Shown one piece after another: positions 15,550 to 24,352 of a DNA stretch of 28,267 nt. The DNA lies in IMG/VR virus record IMGVR_UViG_3300020045_008361, positions 1 through 28,267 of that record; one strand, given 5' to 3'. Source of the stretch: a virus. Its lineage: Duplodnaviria > Caudoviricetes. The notes beneath the pieces are model-generated. The model searched no databases and was not told the origin of the DNA. It saw only the letters and a list, made by a program, of their open reading frames with translations. The first letter of the stretch is position 1. The number at the start of each line of letters is the position of its first letter. The translations under genes and the position numbers were made by a program.

Positions 15550-17070
15550 TTAAAATCCTGCACTTGCAGTTGTACTTTCGATTCTTGCAATTCCTGTACG
15601 TTTGTATTTGAAAGCAGTTTCAAATCGGTTTGGATTTGTTGTGCTAATCTGAACTTGCAAACTGTCTTTTGAGAAAGAAGGGTCATTGATTAACGCTTTT
15701 TGAGCCGTTTCATCAAACAAACCGTAAACGATACCTTTCCATTCACTTGGTTTGATACATCCGTCCACATCGATAATCTGACCGTCTGCAACCAATGTTT
15801 TGTCTTTCAAATAAAGTGTTTCCAATGTTCTGTACGAATCTGAAACATTCCAATCCAAATTCAAGTTTCTTGCATAAGAATACTGCAATGGAACTTCTCC
15901 AGCAGGATGATATGTAGTTACCAAGTCTTGAATTACGTAGGCACCATTTACTAACATTACTGTTGAACATCCTTTTTTAACCAAGAAATCACGGTTATTG
16001 TAGTCTTTCAAATCTCCAATGTTCCCATCGGAAGGAATTGGCATATCTGGGTAAGACAAATTGTTCACGTCCAAGTTTGGAGAATTTTGATAAACTACGG
16101 CAGCTAAAGCAACAACATTGGCAGCAGCCTCATACGTAAACCCTTTTGAATTTGGAGCAGGGCAAAGAACGTTGGTTACTTGGCTAATTCTGTCGGCATC
16201 GTCAGTAATCAAAGCTAAATCATCTTTATCTCCCAATACGCTACCAAAGTAAGCGCAAAATGGTTTGAAGATAAGACCTGAATAACGTCCTGTTGGATTT
16301 GTATCGTTAGGAACGCCATTGTAAGCCTCCAAAACATCCAATTGAGCAGTACCATAAGGATTGATTACCATTGTGTACCAATCATCGCCAAATTGAGCTA
16401 ATGATGCAGCTAAATCAACCGAACCAGCACCATCAGTAGATGTTGTTTGGCTATAAGATAACCCAGCAGCATTTGTTCCGTAATCAATAGAAACCTGCAA
16501 TTCTGCACTTGTGGTGCCTTTCCATTTTGAAGTGGCAGTCATAACTCCTAAAGTATTGGCAGCCGAACAAGGACTTCCCAAAACACCGTTGATTGCATCT
16601 TTGATTTTTCCTGCAACTATTGTTGGTGTATCTCCAATGGCAACATCAAAAGTATATTGTTGGAAATCCAAATTATCACGACCATTTACAATTACTTTGT
16701 GAGTAGCATTTGCCGTGGCTGTTCCCGTAACTGTCCAAGCTCTTACTGTAGCTGTTGCTCCTCCTGCTGTAACTTGTGGAAAAACAATGGTTGGTATTCC
16801 TCCAACTCCATCCCCACTAACAGGACGTAAAACACGCATTATGCTGTGAAGTGGCGATCCGTAACCAAACAATTCAGCAGCTTCGGCAGCACTCGTAACT
16901 TCTACCTTGTCAACCGTCAATCCTGCTTGATTGGCCGTGTTAGCTTCTCCAAAAACAGCTATAATTTGTGGGAGATTTTGGGTTTCATTATTGAAAAACC
17001 CCTTTTTAATATTATAACCGCTTACTCTCGAAATTCTATCAAGACCAACGGCTGTTGAGATTGTACCCAT
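15550..17070 (-). CDS. contractile tail sheath protein (Mu gpL-like)
   Basis: 506 aa; SAAEAAELFGYGSPLH, IQDLVTTY and NPNR motifs. Confidence 0.9.
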   Translation of the reverse strand: MGTISTAVGLDRISRVSGYNIKKGFFNNETQNLPQIIAVFGEANTANQAGLTVDKVEVTSAAEAAELFGYGSPLHSIMRVLRPVSGDGVGGIPTIVFPQVTAGGATATVRAWTVTGTATANATHKVIVNGRDNLDFQQYTFDVAIGDTPTIVAGKIKDAINGVLGSPCSAANTLGVMTATSKWKGTTSAELQVSIDYGTNAAGLSYSQTTSTDGAGSVDLAASLAQFGDDWYTMVINPYGTAQLDVLEAYNGVPNDTNPTGRYSGLIFKPFCAYFGSVLGDKDDLALITDDADRISQVTNVLCPAPNSKGFTYEAAANVVALAAVVYQNSPNLDVNNLSYPDMPIPSDGNIGDLKDYNNRDFLVKKGCSTVMLVNGAYVIQDLVTTYHPAGEVPLQYSYARNLNLDWNVSDSYRTLETLYLKDKTLVADGQIIDVDGCIKPSEWKGIVYGLFDETAQKALINDPSFSKDSLQVQISTTNPNRFETAFKYKRTGIARIESTTASAGF

Positions 17071-17082
17071 AATTATTTTTTT

Positions 17083-17700
17083 TTAATTATTAAATATTAA
17101 TTGTGTTCCTTTTGTGGTGTTTTCATACGTTATTTTGGTATTATTACCTTCCAACGGTATTCCTTCCCACAATAACTGACTTTCTCTAACTCTGACGATG
17201 TAAATAATCCTTGCAAATCGAATATAAGCTCCATCGTAATTACTGTGATTTCCAAAGTTTGAATAGTCCGTGTCCAAGATTATTTTCTTGATATACTTCC
17301 CACCAATTAACCCTGGAGGAAACTGTAATGTTGGCATTTTACCCGAACTCAAAATGTAACGAATCAAACCTAAATATCGAAACAATTTGTTTTTTGAAAT
17401 GATACTCGGTGCTGTACCTGCTTGACCATATCCTGAAACAAATAAATCAATGAAATACATATATTGACCTTGAACATCTTGTTGAGTTTGACCTTCATAA
17501 TCTCCCTCTCTAAAGGCAACTGAAATCATTACATCCTCATTCTTGTCCATCGGCTCAATACGCTCTAAAAAACATTCTACTGTTTCTTCAAAGCCTTGTA
17601 ATGTAACTTGATTGGCAATTTCCTCTACTAATATTTCAGCAATTCTATTTCCAACCAATTCAAAGCCTTGTGCGCCTATTTCTTCCGTAAGTAAAGCCAT
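17083..17700 (-). CDS. putative tail terminator / neck protein
   Basis: Immediately upstream of the sheath; call from synteny. Confidence 0.55.
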   Translation of the reverse strand: MALLTEEIGAQGFELVGNRIAEILVEEIANQVTLQGFEETVECFLERIEPMDKNEDVMISVAFREGDYEGQTQQDVQGQYMYFIDLFVSGYGQAGTAPSIISKNKLFRYLGLIRYILSSGKMPTLQFPPGLIGGKYIKKIILDTDYSNFGNHSNYDGAYIRFARIIYIVRVRESQLLWEGIPLEGNNTKITYENTTKGTQLIFNN

Positions 17701-17703
17701 AAT

Positions 17704-18099
17704 CTATAATGGTTTATAATCCCCAAGCCAAAGTGTTATAAGTCCTAAATTTTCATCAGGAATGTTCTCTCTGACTATATAGTTTTTTACTTCTCCTGAA
17801 CTGTCCTTGAAATTTACTTTGTGTTGTATCAAATCAACTTCTGCAATACCTTTTTTGTTAGTTCTAACAGGATAGCCCAAAGAAGTTAAAATAGATTCAT
17901 CAATAGTAATGTGAACGTTTTTGGTATTTACCTGATTCCCGTCTGAATCAAAAGAACCCGAAACCTTTACAGCCCATCCGGTTATGTTAATTGTTTTACT
18001 ACCATCTTTGGTTATCATTTCAATATCGACTTGATAACCTCCTTTGTTTATGAAAAACTTGGCATCCCTTTTAACTAAATCGAACAGGCTAATCGGCAT
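17704..18099 (-). CDS. putative head-closure / head-tail joining protein
   Basis: Synteny; beta-rich; C-terminal PDENLGLITLWL resembles gpFII-type ends. Confidence 0.6.
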   Translation of the reverse strand: MPISLFDLVKRDAKFFINKGGYQVDIEMITKDGSKTINITGWAVKVSGSFDSDGNQVNTKNVHITIDESILTSLGYPVRTNKKGIAEVDLIQHKVNFKDSSGEVKNYIVRENIPDENLGLITLWLGDYKPL

Positions 18100-18102
18100 C
18101 TT

Positions 18103-18327
18103 TTACTTTTTAAGAGATTTTTTAACTTCGTCTTTTTTAGAAACTTTCTCTGAAACATCTTCTGAAATAGTTACTATTTCTTTAGCTTCGATTTCAGTTA
18201 TGAACCCCGCTTTAACCAAATCCTTTGCAGGACTGGTTAATTGAGATTCATCTACTTCTTCCCCAAATTTTGCGACTTTATTGTTTTTTAACAAATGTCC
18301 AATCACAGCTATTTTATACTTTGCCAT
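18103..18327 (-). CDS. small post-capsid protein (gpFI / Mu gp35-like position)
   Basis: 74 aa; GEEV...AKDLVKAGFI with a charged tail; directly after the capsid gene. Confidence 0.6.
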   Translation of the reverse strand: MAKYKIAVIGHLLKNNKVAKFGEEVDESQLTSPAKDLVKAGFITEIEAKEIVTISEDVSEKVSKKDEVKKSLKK

Positions 18328-18338
18328 ATCCTATTGAA

Positions 18339-19430
18339 TTACGCAAGAACTTGCATTGTATAAATTTTGTCGATTGTGAAAGGAACCACTAAAGGCGCAG
18401 AACTCAATTCAATTGTGCTTGAAATTGTTTTCTTATCGCTGTAAGAACGAATCAAATATTTCGCCTCTACAACTGTTGGCATATCTACAGGAATACCTGC
18501 TACTGAACCATCGCTCAAAGTTGGCAAACCTCCAAAAATTGTTTTCCCTTGGAAATCTTCTGGAATCATTACTACTGTATTTTCAGCTAAGTAGTATTGA
18601 GTTGCTCCATTAGCATCAGTATATTTTTCATTGTAAGTCCAAAGATTTACTGTAAAATCACCCGCTGCAATAATCCCGTGATGTGCAAATCCAGAAGCAC
18701 CTTCAAATTGAGGCATTCCAATATTGACTCTTTGGATTTGTTGGATAACGTTTGGTCCTTGTTCTTTTACTTGTGTAGAAGCTAATAATGCTTCTAAAGC
18801 AGCAGAACGCATTACTACGTTTACGGAAGAACCGCCTGAATTTCCAATATTTCTAAGGAAGTCCATTCCTTTACGAATATCAGTTAAAGGAGTAGCAGTA
18901 GCAGCAACGCTCCAATAATCTCCAGCAGTATCAACATTCACCATAGATGATGCTTTTCTTCTGTAATCAATACTATCACCATTGGTCATAGTAACAATTC
19001 CTGTTTGTAAAACATCTGCTTGTTGTTTACGGATAGCACGAACAATCATATCTCTATTTTTGTTCACGGCTTTGAATGCGTTTTTAGCAATTACGCTGTT
19101 CACATTAGCACTTCCCATACCTACGCCCAAGGCGATAGTATTCATATAAACTTGATCTCTTTGGAAATCATAGTCTAATTTGAAATAAGGTGGAATGTAT
19201 TTGTGTTCTGAAAGTTTAGAAAACTTTGTTTTGCTTCCTTCGGTAAAACGTACTACGTCAACCGCAATCAAATCATTATCTCTTTGAACCTCTACATCAA
19301 CCTCTAATGTAGGAGTTGTTTCTTCTGGAAACCATCCAGAAAAACCTGAACGAACTGGAATAGTTTCTTCAAACTTCCCTACAACCTTTGAGGTTATTTT
19401 TGCGCTGTGGTCAATTACACTTATAGCCAT
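18339..19430 (-). CDS. major capsid protein (lambda gpE-like); probable start MAISVIDHS at 19430
   Basis: About 363 aa; IDYRR, LWTYNEKYTD and SSAPLVVP motifs of the E family. ATG 19430 lies 2 nt after the decoration gene stop. Confidence 0.9.
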   Translation of the reverse strand: MAISVIDHSAKITSKVVGKFEETIPVRSGFSGWFPEETTPTLEVDVEVQRDNDLIAVDVVRFTEGSKTKFSKLSEHKYIPPYFKLDYDFQRDQVYMNTIALGVGMGSANVNSVIAKNAFKAVNKNRDMIVRAIRKQQADVLQTGIVTMTNGDSIDYRRKASSMVNVDTAGDYWSVAATATPLTDIRKGMDFLRNIGNSGGSSVNVVMRSAALEALLASTQVKEQGPNVIQQIQRVNIGMPQFEGASGFAHHGIIAAGDFTVNLWTYNEKYTDANGATQYYLAENTVVMIPEDFQGKTIFGGLPTLSDGSVAGIPVDMPTVVEAKYLIRSYSDKKTISSTIELSSAPLVVPFTIDKIYTMQVLA

Positions 19431-19432
19431 AA

Positions 19433-20200
19433 TTAATTGTCGTATTTTGTGCATTCAGTTACGTTGTTCAAAACGAATCCTTTTGCGGTTAATATATCTT
19501 TTAATGCTAAACTACCAACAATGGAGTCCAAAGTAACTCCATTTGGCAAAATCAACAATCCTGCATCAATGTCTCCAGAAATGCAATAATTTGCATTTAA
19601 TGAAGCTGCATTGGCCATTGTATTTACTCCTTCTATTTTTAAAATACCAATCACATTTGCCAATGTAGCAGAAGTAGCAGGAGAAAACCCTTCATCGACT
19701 CCAGAGGTACCATTTACAACTGTAATAGTTGGTGCAGTACCAGTTCCAGTAGCAGCTAAATCAGTTTTAGCTCCTACTGTTGAGGCAGTAAAGACTACGG
19801 TATCTAAATTTGCTCCTACCGATGCTCCTGTAGCATATCCTGTTAATGTTCCAGAATAAGACCCTGTTGCTGTTCCTGCCCCTGTTGTTGCTCCAACAGC
19901 TAAGTTTGCAAAAGCAGTAGCCAATTGAGCAGCAGTAGTAGCTCCTGTAGAAGTATAAGTAAGACCTCCTAAAATCATTGTTTGTCCAGTAGTCAAAGCA
20001 ACAAATTTAACTGTTGCAGTTTCAAAAGTTCCTGAATTTCTTACCACTAAAATCCCATCTTGTGCCTCTAATGATTCTCCAAGATTATTGATAAAAACTC
20101 CAGATGCATAACGATTTCCAAACGTGAAAATGTTTTGCAATAAATAATCAACGGTAGAACTATTTCTAGTTGCATTCCTTTGTGTTGCGTATATGCTCAT
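19433..20200 (-). CDS. head decoration protein (lambda gpD-like) with an inserted T/A/G-rich domain
   Basis: Between protease and capsid; VIGIL...YCISGDIDAGLLILP...LKDILTAKG resembles the gpD C-terminal half. Confidence 0.7.
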   Translation of the reverse strand: MSIYATQRNATRNSSTVDYLLQNIFTFGNRYASGVFINNLGESLEAQDGILVVRNSGTFETATVKFVALTTGQTMILGGLTYTSTGATTAAQLATAFANLAVGATTGAGTATGSYSGTLTGYATGASVGANLDTVVFTASTVGAKTDLAATGTGTAPTITVVNGTSGVDEGFSPATSATLANVIGILKIEGVNTMANAASLNANYCISGDIDAGLLILPNGVTLDSIVGSLALKDILTAKGFVLNNVTECTKYDN

Positions 20201-20212
20201 ATCTTAAATTTA

Positions 20213-21469
20213 TTAAAGTTTAAAATCAAATGCTGATTCAAGCTCTTTTTCGTCAGCCGTTTTTTCTTTACCATTATCTTCTGTTGGTGTTTCAGAAGTA
20301 GCAATTGGTTTCGCATTATCTGATTGCAAATCGTTTAACCTTCCTTTTTGTGCGATAGCAACCAAGAAAGCGTTTTTTTGTGATTCTTTTACAGGATTAC
20401 CGCTTGCAATTCCTTCCATTACCGCTTTTGGGTCGGCATCATAAAAAGGCAACCACGATGCAACAATTTCCTTTTGTGCTTCTATTCCTTCACTAACGAT
20501 TTCGGAATAAACTGCCGGATGATTTTGTTTAATTTCCGCTTTGTTCATTTTAATTGAATTTGAATTAATATTTGTTCTTGAATTTATTTTTGTTTTTGAT
20601 AAAACCTTTTTAATTACTTCTGATTTTGTTTTTATCCCATCTATGAATTTACCTTTTGAGTCTTTTGCAAATTCATCGTGTCCATCATTAAAATCAGTTC
20701 CTTTTAATATTGGTCTATTACTTTCAAGTAAATTTAAAAACCTATCATTAATTGGATTTAGCATTTCATCAATTATAATTGAATAATTATTGTTGTTTAA
20801 TGCCTCTTCAATAGCTTTATTCTTTTTAGTAGATTTTGAAGCATAAAGTCTAATATACTTTTCTCCTTCTCCATCTTCCGTGTTAGCTGCCCTTCCCTCA
20901 AATTGAATCATTGTACCACAACTCCCCACAATACTCATTTCGCTTTCAGCATAAATTTGCTCACAAGAACTTAAAATAGCATAAGCGGCACTTGCGGCCA
21001 TTCCCCCTTTTTTAACCAATGCGAATACTGGTTTTGTTTTTCTAATTTCAGATATACAATCTGTCATTATTTCAACTGCCATTGTAGAACCTCCTCCTGA
21101 ATTAGTATAAACGATAAATCCTTTTACATTATCATTTTTATTCAAGTCCAACATTCTTTCAGAAAGTTCAGTCATACCACAACTTGACATTCCTCCACCA
21201 ACTGTAATAGCTCCATCAAGATTTATTACTGCTATTCCCTGAATATCTTCGCTTGTAGGTTCATCATCACATTCTTCATAGTCCTCATAATCATCTTCGC
21301 TTTTAATATTCAAAAACGAAATTGAATTATATTTCTTGGATGGTAATTCTAATTGTTGTCCATTTTTAGAATTAGTCAATATTTGAAGCATTGCAGGTAA
21401 TGATTTGGAATCAACACTCCAAGCATTTACTCCATATATCTCTCTTGCTAATTCAAAATTAAAACTCAT
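20213..21469 (-). CDS. S49 (SppA/ClpP-like) prohead protease with C-terminal scaffold (lambda gpC/Nu3-like)
   Basis: IAVINLDGAI, TNSGGG, MAASAAYAILS and IVGSCG motifs. Confidence 0.9.
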   Translation of the reverse strand: MSFNFELAREIYGVNAWSVDSKSLPAMLQILTNSKNGQQLELPSKKYNSISFLNIKSEDDYEDYEECDDEPTSEDIQGIAVINLDGAITVGGGMSSCGMTELSERMLDLNKNDNVKGFIVYTNSGGGSTMAVEIMTDCISEIRKTKPVFALVKKGGMAASAAYAILSSCEQIYAESEMSIVGSCGTMIQFEGRAANTEDGEGEKYIRLYASKSTKKNKAIEEALNNNNYSIIIDEMLNPINDRFLNLLESNRPILKGTDFNDGHDEFAKDSKGKFIDGIKTKSEVIKKVLSKTKINSRTNINSNSIKMNKAEIKQNHPAVYSEIVSEGIEAQKEIVASWLPFYDADPKAVMEGIASGNPVKESQKNAFLVAIAQKGRLNDLQSDNAKPIATSETPTEDNGKEKTADEKELESAFDFKL

Positions 21470-21491
21470 ATTTTTAGATTTAGGTATAATG

Positions 21492-21534
21492 CAAAAAAAT
21501 AGCCAATCACATAAGCGATTAACTATTTTTTTTG
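21492..21534 (-). terminator. terminator-like hairpin in the leader of the head operon
   Basis: A7-UAGUUAAUCGC-uuau-GUGAUUGGCUA-U7; three mismatches become G-U pairs only on the minus strand. Confidence 0.7.
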
Positions 21535-21581
21535 ATACTTTCGGCTCGATGTTATCACAACATTGATTATTTAATTCTTTA

Positions 21582-21589
21582 CAAATATA
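21582..21589 (-). promoter_or_regulatory. -7 element TATATTTG upstream of the structural operon
   Basis: Consensus match; nearest TTTG is only 15 nt upstream, so the -33 is uncertain. Confidence 0.6.
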
Positions 21590-21630
21590 GATATTTTTTA
21601 ATTACAAACTATTTTTTATTTTTTTTTCAC

Positions 21631-21666
21631 AAAAAAACCCACTATATGTTTTTTATTAGTGGGTTT
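21631..21666 (-). terminator. intrinsic terminator of the early/recombination operon
   Basis: AAACCCACTA-N12-TAGTGGGTTT followed by TTTT on minus. Confidence 0.75.
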
Positions 21667-21707
21667 GAAATAGAATAATCGCTCACTTGATTATCGTCTA
21701 TTTTATT

Positions 21708-21950
21708 TTAAAGATATTCTATAGCTCCAAGTATCTCTTTTGCCTTTTGCTGACTAATTGTAGATTGTTCATAAAACGAATCCTTCTTGGCTTCCAAATG
21801 CTCCGACAACCTGCGCCTCACATTATTTAGAATCTGCACCGTTTCCAATTCACTAAATTCAAATTCGGTCTCGCCTATTAATTCTGCAAATACGCTTTCC
21901 GTTCGCTTTTGGATATGCTCCTCTCTCGTTTTCTTTTTGAACCAAGTCAT
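21708..21950 (-). CDS. hypothetical helical protein (80 aa)
   Basis: ATGA-coupled to 21947..22309. Confidence 0.75.
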   Translation of the reverse strand: MTWFKKKTREEHIQKRTESVFAELIGETEFEFSELETVQILNNVRRRLSEHLEAKKDSFYEQSTISQQKAKEILGAIEYL

Positions 21951-22309
21951 AATTCAAGTTTTAAGTTAGTTTTGTTACTGGCATTGTTTTTCTGCCTCTC
22001 TTTATATTCCCTGCTTATCCACGTCCTTATGAGGCATCCTTTACTTTCAGGAGTAGTAGAATTAACCGCACCTTGCAAGAAAATCATATTCTCTCTCGCC
22101 AAATTACTAAATACCGCCCCAAATAAATTTACCTGTTGTGGCATTTCGTGTTCCTCCAAATAAGCCTTTTTAAAATCATTCGCATTGAATACTTTAAATT
22201 GCTTTTTTACCCATTCAGTAGCAAAGTTGAATATCTTGCAATAATCTTCCTTATTTGCCATCCGAACTCTTTGTAGAGCTTCAAGTTTTGTTTCTTGGTG
22301 ATTTTCCAT
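21947..22309 (-). CDS. hypothetical protein, possibly winged-helix DNA-binding (120 aa)
   Basis: FNANDFK...NLFGAVFSNLARENMI pattern; coupled to neighbours. Confidence 0.7.
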   Translation of the reverse strand: MENHQETKLEALQRVRMANKEDYCKIFNFATEWVKKQFKVFNANDFKKAYLEEHEMPQQVNLFGAVFSNLARENMIFLQGAVNSTTPESKGCLIRTWISREYKERQKNNASNKTNLKLEL

Positions 22310-22566
22310 TACATATCAGGGTTAAATTCTTTTCTCATTATAGTATGAATTTGATTTGATATTCTTTGAAAGTAGGTTGTCTTTTGAACCGTGTAGGTAT
22401 CTGCACAATCATTGTTCAACAACTCACACATTTCAATAAGTGTGTTTTTCAAGATGATTCCCTTTGGAGATTTGATTTCTAATTCATCCAATACTTCCAA
22501 TAGCAACTGCATCAAGCAGTAAAACAGGTGCATCAAAACCCTTGTTTTCTTGTTTCTGTATTTCAT
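22309..22566 (-). CDS. hypothetical protein (85 aa)
   Basis: TAATG overlap with the next gene. Confidence 0.75.
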   Translation of the reverse strand: MKYRNKKTRVLMHLFYCLMQLLLEVLDELEIKSPKGIILKNTLIEMCELLNNDCADTYTVQKTTYFQRISNQIHTIMRKEFNPDM

Positions 22567-22569
22567 AAT

Positions 22570-23304
22570 CTATCCTAATAAAAGTTTTCCGGCTTTGCTC
22601 ATTCTTTCAATCAACAACATCTTGTCATCAATAGGCACTTCAAATCTAAATTTAACCATACTTGGAAAATCTGAATGATTTGGAATAAATCCTAAATCCC
22701 ATAAATCTTTATCCCAAACGAATTTATATTTAAACGGATCATCTTTCAAATGCTTCTCTACGTAATCTGTATCTTCGAGAAGTTCTCGCATTTCAATTAG
22801 ATTACTTTCTTTAGGCATAAAAGCAATAGCCTCTCCAAATTTAGTATTATGAATGCAACTATTGGAAACTATTTGCCAATATTCAGCAGCGTATTCTTTC
22901 TTGAAAATCTCTACATTTTCTGCCTGTAAACACTTCACATAATCGTAATGATTTGATAATTGATAGCATTTCAATTCAGCAATACAACCTCCTTCAATTT
23001 TTACTTTGAAATCCTCTGAACCAGCCCAAAAAGGATATTTTGGATGTATTGTTGTTTGGTCAATTATAAGTTCATATTCCCCTCCCAATTGCCAATGAAC
23101 CCAAACCTCCCACAATTTACCCCAAAGTATATCTTGTTTGTTTATAGGCAGGGATATTCCCCTGCCATATTCTAGTTCCTTTTTCTTGTCATTGACATAA
23201 GTAATCGCTCCTGCTCCAAAACCATACTCTCCTTTTCCTTTTACAATAAACAAAGAAGCCTTGCTGCTCGTTAATCTTGCTACTCTATTTGGCTTGTTGT
23301 TCAT
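22570..23304 (-). CDS. lambda-exonuclease/YqaJ-like PD-(D/E)xK nuclease
   Basis: RVARLTSS, WGKLWE, WAGSED...ELKC and YWQ motifs; next to a recombinase-type ATPase. Confidence 0.8.
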   Translation of the reverse strand: MNNKPNRVARLTSSKASLFIVKGKGEYGFGAGAITYVNDKKKELEYGRGISLPINKQDILWGKLWEVWVHWQLGGEYELIIDQTTIHPKYPFWAGSEDFKVKIEGGCIAELKCYQLSNHYDYVKCLQAENVEIFKKEYAAEYWQIVSNSCIHNTKFGEAIAFMPKESNLIEMRELLEDTDYVEKHLKDDPFKYKFVWDKDLWDLGFIPNHSDFPSMVKFRFEVPIDDKMLLIERMSKAGKLLLG

Positions 23305-24349
23305 CTTTCAGCTTTTTTAGTTTGTAGATTACTTTGTCGTATTCAGCAGTTGTTTGATTATCAATTACACCTTGGATAATCATTGAGCTACTACCGTCTA
23401 ATTTTGATTCTAATTCCTTGAATAAAACCTTGATAATTTCCAATGGATTTTCTTCTCCATCATCTGCACTTTGAGCATCATAAGCCTTGGCACTCTCAGC
23501 ACATAATGCAAAATGGCTTATTATTTTGATGTTTTTACGATGTTCTGGAGACAATCCTTTCCATAACTCATTTAGCGCATCACGACCTTTCTCACAAGTC
23601 AACAAAGCCTCTGATTTAATCCTTGAAATTTCAGGATCTTCTTTTTCGCCTTGGTCAAGCCATTTACGAATCTTTTTTCCTGTGTCGATTCCAAGATAAC
23701 CTTGTCCGTTTCCAAAAGCCTCTTTCAAAAATGATGGAACTTTAGAATGAAATTGTGTTTTGCCCTGATTACCCATCATAACCGATGCAGTCATTTCAAA
23801 CATAAAATTCTTTTCACATATTGGAAGGATTCCCAAACTTACGGGTTTTGCAGGGTCTTTAAAATCTGTTTTTTCCCTTGCTCTAATACAACAAATCACA
23901 TCCATATTTGATTGTAGAAGAACATTCATAAACTTTTTATGTTCTCTTTTGGCACCAATCCAATTTGAAACTTTTCTTGCTGTTCCATCGGCCTTTGGAG
24001 CATTGGCAATATCATCACATCCTCCATCACCTTCCCATTCGTGTGTAACGGAATCTATGACCAAAACTTTCACACCTGCTTCTTGAAATTCTTTGATAGC
24101 TTCTGCATATCTACTTGGAGAAAATGGAGGATACAAATCACCTATCATAAATTGTCCATCCAAAATATCTGCATAAAGCGAACCTCTTTTATTTTCCGTG
24201 TCCAAGAATCCTATCTCAGAAGGACTATTTACCATTCCTCTGGCAATCAATAAAGCCGTGTATGTTTTTCCATCGCCTGAAACCCCTGCTATTCCGATAA
24301 CAGCCTTGCTTTGTCCACTCTCAACCGGACGTATGTTTAATACTGCCAT
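23285..24349 (-). CDS. Sak4-like / AAA_24 P-loop ATPase (phage recombination)
   Basis: Walker A GVSGDGKT, FLDTE, Walker B VLVIDSVTHEWEGDGG. Confidence 0.85.
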   Translation of the reverse strand: MAVLNIRPVESGQSKAVIGIAGVSGDGKTYTALLIARGMVNSPSEIGFLDTENKRGSLYADILDGQFMIGDLYPPFSPSRYAEAIKEFQEAGVKVLVIDSVTHEWEGDGGCDDIANAPKADGTARKVSNWIGAKREHKKFMNVLLQSNMDVICCIRAREKTDFKDPAKPVSLGILPICEKNFMFEMTASVMMGNQGKTQFHSKVPSFLKEAFGNGQGYLGIDTGKKIRKWLDQGEKEDPEISRIKSEALLTCEKGRDALNELWKGLSPEHRKNIKIISHFALCAESAKAYDAQSADDGEENPLEIIKVLFKELESKLDGSSSMIIQGVIDNQTTAEYDKVIYKLKKLKDEQQAK

Positions 24350-24352
24350 ACC

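Noticed and set aside
923-17070. Tailocin, eCIS or T6SS interpretation of the contractile tail
   Set aside because: Capsid, decoration, protease and recombination genes are co-located, so this is a phage.
19431-19454. Capsid start at 19454
   Set aside because: It overlaps the decoration gene; ATG 19430 fits the operon spacing.
1-24349. Stop-codon reassignment or tRNA genes
   Set aside because: Genes are full length under the standard code with TAA, TAG and TGA all used as stops; no cloverleaf seen in the short intergenic gaps.
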